Assembly (NCBI GenBank): GCA_049974095.1 | Contig: JBMFJD010000010.1 | Location: 1-32,000, forward strand | Direction: 5' to 3' | Source: Nanopusillaceae archaeon | Lineage (GTDB): Archaea; Nanobdellota; Nanobdellia; Nanobdellales; Nanobdellaceae | Length of the DNA: 32,000 bases | Part shown: piece by piece, positions 17,855-24,929 of the stretch | Numbering within the stretch: position 1 is the first letter of the stretch | Layout of the letters: each line of letters begins with the position of its first letter | Position numbers and translations under genes: made by a program | The notes under the pieces: generated by a model | Seen by the model: the letters and a program-made list of their open reading frames with translations, nothing else | Database searches by the model: none | Told to the model about the DNA's origin: nothing

Positions 17855-18838
17855 ATGAAGACAAATAAAGTATTATCTATATTACCAATTTTTCTTTTAG
17901 GAACAACCCTATTTTATTTTTCTTCATGTCCAACAGTAAATATTAATACTGGAAGCGGAGGAAGTTCTGGAAGTACAGTTCAATTCACACAACCATCGTG
18001 GGCAATAAATCAGGCAGGAAATGTACAAATAACTATACAATCTCCATCTATGTTATTCTATAATCCAAATTTAGGATTATCATATACATTACCAATGTCA
18101 TATACAAATTCTATATATACTGAATCTAATAATCAATTAACAGTAACATATCAAATAGCTACCTATGGAAATATATCTCCATCTTCTGGTTCATTTACTC
18201 CTCAAACTCCTATATATAATCCATCATCAAAGTCTATTACTGTAATTACATATCCTTTACAAGCATTACAACTTAAATTACCTTCTGGATTACAAGCAGT
18301 TCCATCTTCTCTCCTAATTGAGATACAATATAATATAAGTAATGTACAAACAAATATAGAAATACCATTAATATTAAAAAATACAAATTCTGGAATAACT
18401 CTTACAGAACCAATTTATTATTCTTCTTCTCCAGTTATTCCAACTTCTAATAGTATTCAGATAACAGAAGGTGGTGGATATGCAACATTTTCTCTTTCTC
18501 TAGAAGATGCTTTAGGATGTTTTAGTGCAATGAATCCTTCATTAGGAGAAATTCCAGAGATAAATATAGATAATACAGTACTTCAACTAAATGCTGGAGG
18601 ACAATTAATTAATGTACAAAATGGTCAAAACGGATTTGATTGTGCACCAACAGGAACAATACCTTTGCAATCAGCAGCAATAGTATGTCAAATAAATATG
18701 AATCAATTAGCATCTTCCTATCCATCTATACAGAGCGCTTTAAGTTCTAATGTTGGTGTTATAGGAGGAGTATTAATTAATATAACATATAACTGTGAAG
18801 AACAAACTTCCTTTAGTATACCATTAAATGAAACATAG
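17855..18838 (+). CDS. putative lipobox-type surface lipoprotein 3 of 4
   Basis: Signal peptide MKTNKVLSILPIFLLGTTLFYFSSC followed by a flexible tether TGSGGSSGS. The body is S/T/N/Q/P-rich and K/E-poor, with Cys pairs. Confidence 0.6.
   Translation: MKTNKVLSILPIFLLGTTLFYFSSCPTVNINTGSGGSSGSTVQFTQPSWAINQAGNVQITIQSPSMLFYNPNLGLSYTLPMSYTNSIYTESNNQLTVTYQIATYGNISPSSGSFTPQTPIYNPSSKSITVITYPLQALQLKLPSGLQAVPSSLLIEIQYNISNVQTNIEIPLILKNTNSGITLTEPIYYSSSPVIPTSNSIQITEGGGYATFSLSLEDALGCFSAMNPSLGEIPEINIDNTVLQLNAGGQLINVQNGQNGFDCAPTGTIPLQSAAIVCQINMNQLASSYPSIQSALSSNVGVIGGVLINITYNCEEQTSFSIPLNET
17880..17925 (+). repeat. 46-nt exact direct repeat, copy 1 (signal-peptide cassette)
   Basis: tattaccaatttttcttttaggaacaaccctattttatttttcttc is identical to 18850-18895. 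The flanks 17876-17929 and 18846-18899 differ at only about 3 positions. Confidence 0.9.
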
Positions 18839-19706
18839 GATTTTTTCTGTATTACCAATTTTTCTTTTAGGAACAACCCTATTTTATTTTTCTTCTTGTA
18901 TTTCTCTTAGTAATCAATCTTCTACTACGCAGTCTTCTTCTACATATTCTAAAGCTAGTTTTTATTTTGATGTTTATACAGGTCCGGGTTTTTCTCCCTA
19001 TGTTTATCCAAATGTACCATTTCAGGTTCCAATAATTATTAGTACTTCTAATCCAAATTTTCAATGGACTATATGTTTAGCAAGTTTACCAAATGGATTT
19101 GCAATAAGTGGAAATACATGTTATTCTTCATCAAATATTGCATATAATAATTATAATCAGACTCAAATATATTTACCATATAATGGAAATATAACATTAA
19201 CTGATCCTTCTCTTTTATCTTCTAATAACATAAATCTAAATATATATGAATGTTATCAATATGAAAGTTCTTATTATATACAAGGTTGTTTTGAAAATCA
19301 GCAATGTTCATATACTTTCCAATCTTTTACACAAAATGATCCTATACAAATAAATAATATAAATGCAATACGTACATCAAATGGATATTTATTAAATATT
19401 TATGTTAGTATAAATAGAGGATCATCAGTATTTGATATTACTACAAATAATATTATAAATAAATGTAATCCAAATAATATTAATTTATTGAATTATTCTT
19501 TATATTATAATCTAACTTTGTTTATTAATGGAAATTCATACTATTATAATGGTTATTTAACATTTCCTTCCAATTCGAATAATTATGAAATCTCTATACC
19601 AATTAATTATCAAGGAACAAATGAATATATTTTTGGTAATTTGGCATTTTACTATTATATATTTGAAGAAAATACAATTGCAACATTAAATGTACAAACT
19701 TCATAA
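18828..19706 (+). CDS. putative lipobox-type surface lipoprotein 4 of 4
   Basis: Signal peptide MKHRIFSVLPIFLLGTTLFYFSSC is nearly identical to that of the preceding gene. A Ser/Thr-rich tether (SLSNQSSTTQSSSTYS) follows, then an N/Y/S-rich body with multiple Cys. 11-nt overlap with the upstream gene. Confidence 0.6.
   Translation: MKHRIFSVLPIFLLGTTLFYFSSCISLSNQSSTTQSSSTYSKASFYFDVYTGPGFSPYVYPNVPFQVPIIISTSNPNFQWTICLASLPNGFAISGNTCYSSSNIAYNNYNQTQIYLPYNGNITLTDPSLLSSNNINLNIYECYQYESSYYIQGCFENQQCSYTFQSFTQNDPIQINNINAIRTSNGYLLNIYVSINRGSSVFDITTNNIINKCNPNNINLLNYSLYYNLTLFINGNSYYYNGYLTFPSNSNNYEISIPINYQGTNEYIFGNLAFYYYIFEENTIATLNVQTS
18850..18895 (+). repeat. 46-nt exact direct repeat, copy 2 (signal-peptide cassette)
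   Basis: Identical to 17880-17925, offset 970 bp. The rest of the two genes shows no obvious nucleotide identity. Confidence 0.9.
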
Positions 19707-19730
19707 ATTATTTGTATATAAAAATATAAA

Positions 19731-20507
19731 ATGTATAAGAGAAAGGATTATCCAAAAGAAAATGATTATGTAATATGTACTGTAAAAGAAATATCAGATA
19801 TGGATGTAAAAGTAAGTTTAGATGAATTTGAGAATTTTAATGGAATAATCCCAATTGATGAATTATCTAATAGAAGGATAACAAATCCAAGAATAATTGT
19901 TAAGGAAGGTAAAAAAATAGTTTGTGTAGTATTAGATGTAGATATAAATAATAGATTAGCAACATTATCTTTGAGGAGAGTAGATAAAAATAAACAAAAG
20001 GCAAAGGTGCTAGAATATAAAAGAGAAATTGTTGCTTATAATGTATTAAAAATTATGGGTGAAAAAGAGAAAATTGATATGAAAGAAATAGAAGAAAAGA
20101 TTATATTTAAAATAGTACCTAAGGAAAAATTATATAATGTATTTTTGAATGCATATATAAATGGAAAAAAAGTATTAGAAGATTATGAAATAGATAAAAA
20201 ATTAATAGATAAATTACATAAATATATATTAGAATATTTGAATCCTCCAAAATATCAGTTTGCATACATTTTACAAGCATATAATATAGAAGGAGATGGA
20301 ATAAATAAGTTAAAGGAATTCTTAAAAGAAATAAAAGATATTGGGGTAAATATTACTTATTTAGGTTCTCCATCATATTTAATTAAATATATTACTATAG
20401 ATCCTTCAGATTTGCAAAAAAAGGAGAAGAAATTGATGGAAACAATTGAAGAAAGTGCTAAAAAATATAATATAATTTATGAAATAAATAAATATGAAAG
20501 AGATTAG
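19731..20507 (+). CDS. eif2a: translation initiation factor aIF2 alpha subunit
   Basis: N-terminal S1 domain (PKENDYVICTVKEISDMDVKVSLDEFENFNGIIPIDELS), then helical and alpha-beta C-terminal domains. 258 aa, a typical length. Confidence 0.9.
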   Translation: MYKRKDYPKENDYVICTVKEISDMDVKVSLDEFENFNGIIPIDELSNRRITNPRIIVKEGKKIVCVVLDVDINNRLATLSLRRVDKNKQKAKVLEYKREIVAYNVLKIMGEKEKIDMKEIEEKIIFKIVPKEKLYNVFLNAYINGKKVLEDYEIDKKLIDKLHKYILEYLNPPKYQFAYILQAYNIEGDGINKLKEFLKEIKDIGVNITYLGSPSYLIKYITIDPSDLQKKEKKLMETIEESAKKYNIIYEINKYERD

Positions 20508-20670
20508 AAAATGTCCAAATTGTAAAACATATACATTTAAAGAAATATGTCCAAAATGCGGGACAAAAACAGTTAGAGTTATCCCTCCAAAATTTTCTCC
20601 AGAAGATAAGTGGGGTGATTATAGAAGAAAAATGAAAAGGGAAATTTTATATAAAAAAGGATGGCTATAA
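20494..20670 (+). CDS. nop10: H/ACA RNP protein Nop10 (58 aa, below the ORF-track cutoff)
   Basis: Translation by hand: MKEIRKCPNCKTYTFKEICPKCGTKTVRVIPPKFSPEDKWGDYRRKMKREILYKKGWL. It has a CxxC...CxxC zinc ribbon followed by the conserved (R/K)FSPxDxxxxYR motif. It overlaps the aIF2-alpha 3' end by 14 nt. Confidence 0.85.
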   Translation: MKEIRKCPNCKTYTFKEICPKCGTKTVRVIPPKFSPEDKWGDYRRKMKREILYKKGWL

Positions 20671-20676
20671 TATTAT

Positions 20677-21477
20677 ATGGAATTTATATTAAATAAAAAA
20701 GAATTTGAAAATATAGAAAATGGTATATTTTTATATTCAATTGGAGGAGGATTTGGGAATATAGCAAGAGTAGTTGGTCAAAAAATAATAAAAACATTTA
20801 ATGGAAAAATAGTTGGTAGAATAATAACAGATTTTTTCCCAGATTTTGTTAGAATTGGAAAAAACGGATTGGTTTCTGATAATATTAGTTATAAATTATA
20901 TAAAGCAAGAGTTGGAAATTATGATTTTATTATTTTATATGGAGATTTTCAAATATCTATTTTAGAAGATCCTGGATTTTCGTTATATCTTAGATATAAG
21001 TTTATGAATAAACTATTTAGAAAAATGTATCCTTATAATATAAATGAATATATTATACTTGGTGGATTGGGAGTTGCAAATCAATTGGAATCTGAAGATC
21101 CGAAATACATGTTTGCTTTTAATAAATATTATGATCAAAATAAGATAAAGCAAAAATTGGGAGAAATAAATATATTTAAGTCAGAGAATATAATTGGGAT
21201 GAGTGGTTTGATATTATATTATTCTCAAATATTTAAGAAACCAGCTTTTCTTTTATTAGTAGAAACTTATTTATCTAACCAAATAAATGGATATTTTGCA
21301 TCTGCAAAAGCATTAGAAGTGTTGAGTAAAATATATGAATTTCAGATAGATGTATCAGATTTAAGAGAAAAAGGAAGCAAATTAAAAGCAGAGTTACAAA
21401 AAGATATTAATAAAATAAAAGAGTTAGAAGAAAAGAGAAAGAAAGAAGAAGAAAGAAGAGAATATTACTTTGGCTAG
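20677..21477 (+). CDS. PAC2-family protein (proteasome assembly chaperone-like, COG1938 type)
   Basis: The pattern GGGFGNIARVVGQKIIK...DFIILYGDFQ...YIILGGLG...IIGMSGLILYY...LLLVETY...ASAKALEVLSKIYEFQIDVSDL resembles the PAC2 fold signature. An aIF2alpha-nop10-PAC2 neighbourhood is common in archaea as far as I recall. Confidence 0.55.
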   Translation: MEFILNKKEFENIENGIFLYSIGGGFGNIARVVGQKIIKTFNGKIVGRIITDFFPDFVRIGKNGLVSDNISYKLYKARVGNYDFIILYGDFQISILEDPGFSLYLRYKFMNKLFRKMYPYNINEYIILGGLGVANQLESEDPKYMFAFNKYYDQNKIKQKLGEINIFKSENIIGMSGLILYYSQIFKKPAFLLLVETYLSNQINGYFASAKALEVLSKIYEFQIDVSDLREKGSKLKAELQKDINKIKELEEKRKKEEERREYYFG

Positions 21478-21956
21478 CTTTTTGGTATTTTTAAATCTGT
21501 AGGTGGTTTTTGTTGACCTTGTTGAGCTTGAGCATTTCTAGCTTGTACTAAATATGTATTTACTAATGCAGTAACTTTTGTAAATATTGCTTGAGATATT
21601 TGATTCAATAAAAGATTTATCTTTTCTTTATTAAACTTTATTTCTTCATCTTTTGTATATATTCTCATTTCTTTTATGTCCTCTATTTCAATTCTTGAAG
21701 GTGTATAAAATAATACAAAATCTATTAATGAATCGAAATCTTTGAAGTCTGCATATAATTCTAAATAGGAAGACCAACCTTTTAATGTCTTTCCATCAGG
21801 TGTTTTTATTTCTTTTTCAATTAGATCTGCAGTTTTCTTTTCTATTATTTGAAAATTCTTGAATTTAGATACATTGTCATATAATGTTTTATCTAATACT
21901 TCCATTAATTTATCTTTATCATTACTAAAAGCCTCAAAATATAGTCTAGCCTTCAT
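21474..21956 (-). CDS. hypothetical protein, 160 aa, Gln-rich C-terminal tail
   Basis: The ORF has an ATGA-type 4-nt overlap with rpl44e upstream. No recognised motif. The tail is ARNAQAQQGQQKPPTDLKIPKS. Confidence 0.45.
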   Translation of the reverse strand: MKARLYFEAFSNDKDKLMEVLDKTLYDNVSKFKNFQIIEKKTADLIEKEIKTPDGKTLKGWSSYLELYADFKDFDSLIDFVLFYTPSRIEIEDIKEMRIYTKDEEIKFNKEKINLLLNQISQAIFTKVTALVNTYLVQARNAQAQQGQQKPPTDLKIPKS

Positions 21957-22267
21957 TTTATTGCAGTACTAAATTCTACTTTCTTGTATCTTCCTTTTAT
22001 ATTCCATATACTTTGTTTTTTACATACTTGGCATTCAATTCTTATATCTAATCCTTTTGATGTTTTTATAATTCCTCTTTTTCTTTGTGAAAGTGGTCTT
22101 TTACTGTATTTTCCTTTATTTCCAATTCCCTTTTTTCCTTCTCTTGCTCTTCTAGCACCCCAAACTAAACCAGTTCTTGCTTTTACAGTTTTTATAATTA
22201 TTACTTTATGAGGTGTAACTTTTCTACAATATGGGCAATACTTATTTACAGTCTTTGGAATTTTCAT
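21953..22267 (-). CDS. rpl44e: 50S ribosomal protein L44e (eL42)
   Basis: MKIPKTVNKYCPYCRKVTPHKV...ECQVCKK has the N-terminal MK(I/M)PK, a four-Cys zinc ribbon and a basic composition, all characteristic of L44e. Confidence 0.9.
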   Translation of the reverse strand: MKIPKTVNKYCPYCRKVTPHKVIIIKTVKARTGLVWGARRAREGKKGIGNKGKYSKRPLSQRKRGIIKTSKGLDIRIECQVCKKQSIWNIKGRYKKVEFSTAIK

Positions 22268-22299
22268 TAGAAATAAATAGATAAATAATTTTATAAGTC

Positions 22300-22899
22300 T
22301 TAAGAAATTCTTTTTCCTATTTTTACATTTTCCATCTTTTCGGCTAAACTTTTTTCTAATATTAATATATCTCCAATCTTAAAAGGTCCATATATTTTTC
22401 CATTTGGTCCTACAATCTTAGGTAACTCATTCTCTATTATTAATATTTCTTTATCTATTTTATTTTGAGTTATAGTAACGTTTTTTCCAATATCTTCGTA
22501 GAATTTATTTATATTTGTTTCTTCTCCTTCAACAATTTTATTTTCTATATTTTCTTTAAAAGAATTCAATAAATTTTTAACTATTCTATAAAATATTTTT
22601 TCTTCTTCTTCTAAATTTTCTTCAGGTATAGCATTTAAATTTTCTCTAACTTCTAATAATGCCATATTAATTATTTTTTCAATTCTTAAGTTAATTAATT
22701 CATAAATTGCTTCTTTTATTTTATATATAGTAGAATTTAATTCTCTATATTCCTTACTATCTATTTTATATAATTCTAATTGTTTTTTATATTTCTTTAT
22801 CATTTCAGAAACTTTAATATAAAAATCTTTTTGTAATTTTTGAAGATTTTTTCTCTCTTTTTCTCTTTGTAATTGTGTAAATATATCAGAAATATCCAT
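22300..22899 (-). CDS. GINS subunit, Gins51 (GINS15)-like
   Basis: The N-terminus QREKERKNLQKLQKDFYIKVSEMIKKYKK...LINLRIEKIINMAL matches the GINS A-domain pattern (LQxLxxDFY...RxxKI). The C-terminal small domain LPKIVGPNGKIYGPFKIGDILILEKSLAEKM matches the B-domain (YGPFxxGD). 199 aa. Confidence 0.65.
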   Translation of the reverse strand: MDISDIFTQLQREKERKNLQKLQKDFYIKVSEMIKKYKKQLELYKIDSKEYRELNSTIYKIKEAIYELINLRIEKIINMALLEVRENLNAIPEENLEEEEKIFYRIVKNLLNSFKENIENKIVEGEETNINKFYEDIGKNVTITQNKIDKEILIIENELPKIVGPNGKIYGPFKIGDILILEKSLAEKMENVKIGKRIS

Positions 22900-22937
22900 A
22901 AAAATAATTTATAAATTAAATTTTAAAATTAAGAGAT

Positions 22938-24701
22938 ATGGAATTTGTTCCATTATATATTAAAAATTTATGCTTCAATTGTGGAGGAACCATATCATCT
23001 TATAGATTATCTAATGGTTTACCATGTAATGATGATTTAGATGATAATGATATAAAAGAATTATTAAATATAAAGGATGAAAATGAATTTATAGAAAAAT
23101 TATATGAAAAATTAAAACAAAAAGGAAAATTAAAGAACTTTGATGAAATATATAAATTATATAAAGAAACAAAAGAATTTAAAGAATTTTTTAATAAATT
23201 AATTAAAAATGATCCTTGGAGAATACAATTAATGTGGTTTAAAAGATTGTATAAAAATATAAGTTTCTCTATGATCACTCCAACAGGAATTGGAAAATCT
23301 ACATTTATTATAGTTTCTTCAATATATTTTGCTTATAAGTATAAAAAGAAGATAATAATTGTTTTGCCTACAAGGTTATTGGTAAAACAAGTATTGGATA
23401 CATTTAACAAATTTTTATCTGAATTACAAATTAATTTAGAAATAGCATATTATTATGGAAAAGAAAAGAAGGGACAAAAAGAAAAAATAAAAGAAGGAAA
23501 TTATAATATTTTGGTTATATCTAATCAATTTTTATCAAAAAATTTTGAATTATTAAAAGATAAAAAATTTGATATAGCGTTTATTGATGATGTAGATTCA
23601 TTTTTCAAAGGATCAAAGAATATAGAAAGAATATTTATTTTGTTAGGATATACTCAGGAAGAAATAGATATTGCTAAAAAGATAATTGATTTAAAATTAT
23701 CTGGAAAATTAAATTTTAATAGCGAATTGTATAAAAAATTTTTAGAAATTAAAAATAAAAAGGCAGGAATTATTATATTATCTTCTGCTACTGGAAGTTT
23801 AAGGGGTAAAAGAGTATTATTATATAGAGAATTGGCAAACTTTACTGCAGGAACTGGTACTTCTAAAATAAGAAATGTTATAGATGTATTTTATTATCCT
23901 AAAGATGATATAAAGAAAGAAGTATTAAAAATTGTAAATTTGCTAAAAGATGGGATATTAATTTTTGTTCCAAAAGATAAAGGTATAGAATTTGCAAAAG
24001 AATTATACGAATATTTAAAGAATAATAATGTAAATGCTGAATATGTATCAGCAGAAGTTAAAAATATCGATGAGATAATAAATAATTTTAAAGAAGGAAA
24101 GGTAAATGTATTAATTGGAATTTCAGATCCATATGGAATATTGGTTAGGGGTATAGATATACCAGAAAGGATTAAATATGCAATATTTGTTGGAATTCCT
24201 AAGATAAGGATTAATATCTCTAAATTAGAAAAAAATATAAATAATCTTTTAATATTAGCATCTTTAATAGCACCAGTATTACCAGAACTTGAAAAAATAG
24301 AATTATCAAGAAAAGTTGAAATAACTAGGAGAAATTTAAAAAGATTATCTTCAGAATCTTTAAAATTAATTAATGAATATTTATCTGGAAATAATGTAAA
24401 TCTAAAAGGATTTAACAAGAAAGTTGCAGATGATTTATTATTATTATATAATAGAGTAAATGAGTATTTAAAAAATAAAGAAATAATTGAAAAAATAAAG
24501 GAAAATCCTGAGGTGTCTACAGAAATAATAAATAATGATATTTATGTTAAAATTGCAGATCTAAAATCATATATTCAAGCATCTGGAAGAACTTCTAGAT
24601 TATATGCTGGAGGGATTACAAAAGGTCTTTCTATTATTTTAGTTGATGATGAAAAACTGTTAAAATCCTTAGATTTAAAGTTAAGATATTATCTGTTGTA
24701 G
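22938..24701 (+). CDS. rgy: reverse gyrase, N-terminal helicase-like half only (split gene)
   Basis: N-terminal zinc finger CFNCGGTISSYRLSNGLPC, WRIQLMWFKRL, Walker A ITPTGIGKST, DDVD box, SSATG, and YIQASGRTSRLYAGGITKGLSIILVDD. The ORF stops about 25 aa after this last motif, where the topoisomerase IA half normally begins. The next gene is tmcA. Confidence 0.85.
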   Translation: MEFVPLYIKNLCFNCGGTISSYRLSNGLPCNDDLDDNDIKELLNIKDENEFIEKLYEKLKQKGKLKNFDEIYKLYKETKEFKEFFNKLIKNDPWRIQLMWFKRLYKNISFSMITPTGIGKSTFIIVSSIYFAYKYKKKIIIVLPTRLLVKQVLDTFNKFLSELQINLEIAYYYGKEKKGQKEKIKEGNYNILVISNQFLSKNFELLKDKKFDIAFIDDVDSFFKGSKNIERIFILLGYTQEEIDIAKKIIDLKLSGKLNFNSELYKKFLEIKNKKAGIIILSSATGSLRGKRVLLYRELANFTAGTGTSKIRNVIDVFYYPKDDIKKEVLKIVNLLKDGILIFVPKDKGIEFAKELYEYLKNNNVNAEYVSAEVKNIDEIINNFKEGKVNVLIGISDPYGILVRGIDIPERIKYAIFVGIPKIRINISKLEKNINNLLILASLIAPVLPELEKIELSRKVEITRRNLKRLSSESLKLINEYLSGNNVNLKGFNKKVADDLLLLYNRVNEYLKNKEIIEKIKENPEVSTEIINNDIYVKIADLKSYIQASGRTSRLYAGGITKGLSIILVDDEKLLKSLDLKLRYYLL

Positions 24702-24890
24702 TAACATTAATTTAACAAAATATTAACTTATATATTTAACAATTTAACATATTTTAACATTTAATTAATTTTTATTTTTAACATATTAACGTCGCATAAT
24801 CTTTATTTTTCATTAATTTAACAAAATATTAACTTACTAATTTAACTCTTTAACACTACTTAACATATGTTTAACGAATTTTTAACATGT
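24701..24890 (+). repeat. TTAAC motif array (14 copies plus 1 GTAAC, all same strand) with internal 106-bp duplication
   Basis: TTAAC starts at 24712, 24723, 24736, 24744, 24754, 24778, 24786, 24818, 24829, 24842, 24850, 24860, 24871 and 24882. The 26-mer cattaatttaacaaaatattaactta is identical at 24705-24730 and 24811-24836. Confidence 0.85.
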
Positions 24891-24929
24891 ATAAAATAAA
24901 TTCTTAAATACTCTCTAGAATTCATAATT

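Noticed and set aside
21445-21477. C-terminal YYFG of the PAC2-like protein as a proteasome-docking HbYX motif
   Set aside because: The last three residues are Y-F-G, not hydrophobic-Tyr-X. The resemblance is suggestive but does not meet the motif definition.
23894-24418. 174-aa antisense ORF inside the reverse gyrase gene. Similar antisense or overlapping ORFs occur at 1006-1212, 1731-1925, 8098-8325, 11029-11226, 14543-14776, 16083-16325, 16648-16830, 17566-17748, 18879-19064, 21984-22211, 23000-23278, 25423-25800, 25604-25876, 25985-26212, 27565-27807, 27611-27814 and 31408-31599.
   Set aside because: All lie within genes that carry strong family motifs on the other strand or frame. Their low-complexity F/L/I/S-rich translations are what AT-rich antisense sequence produces.
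24701-24890. The possibility that the repeat-rich spacer is a CRISPR array or a minisatellite
   Set aside because: The repeated unit is a 5-mer embedded in roughly 10-11-bp degenerate subrepeats with no unique spacers. There are no 24-40-bp repeats alternating with spacers and no cas genes nearby.
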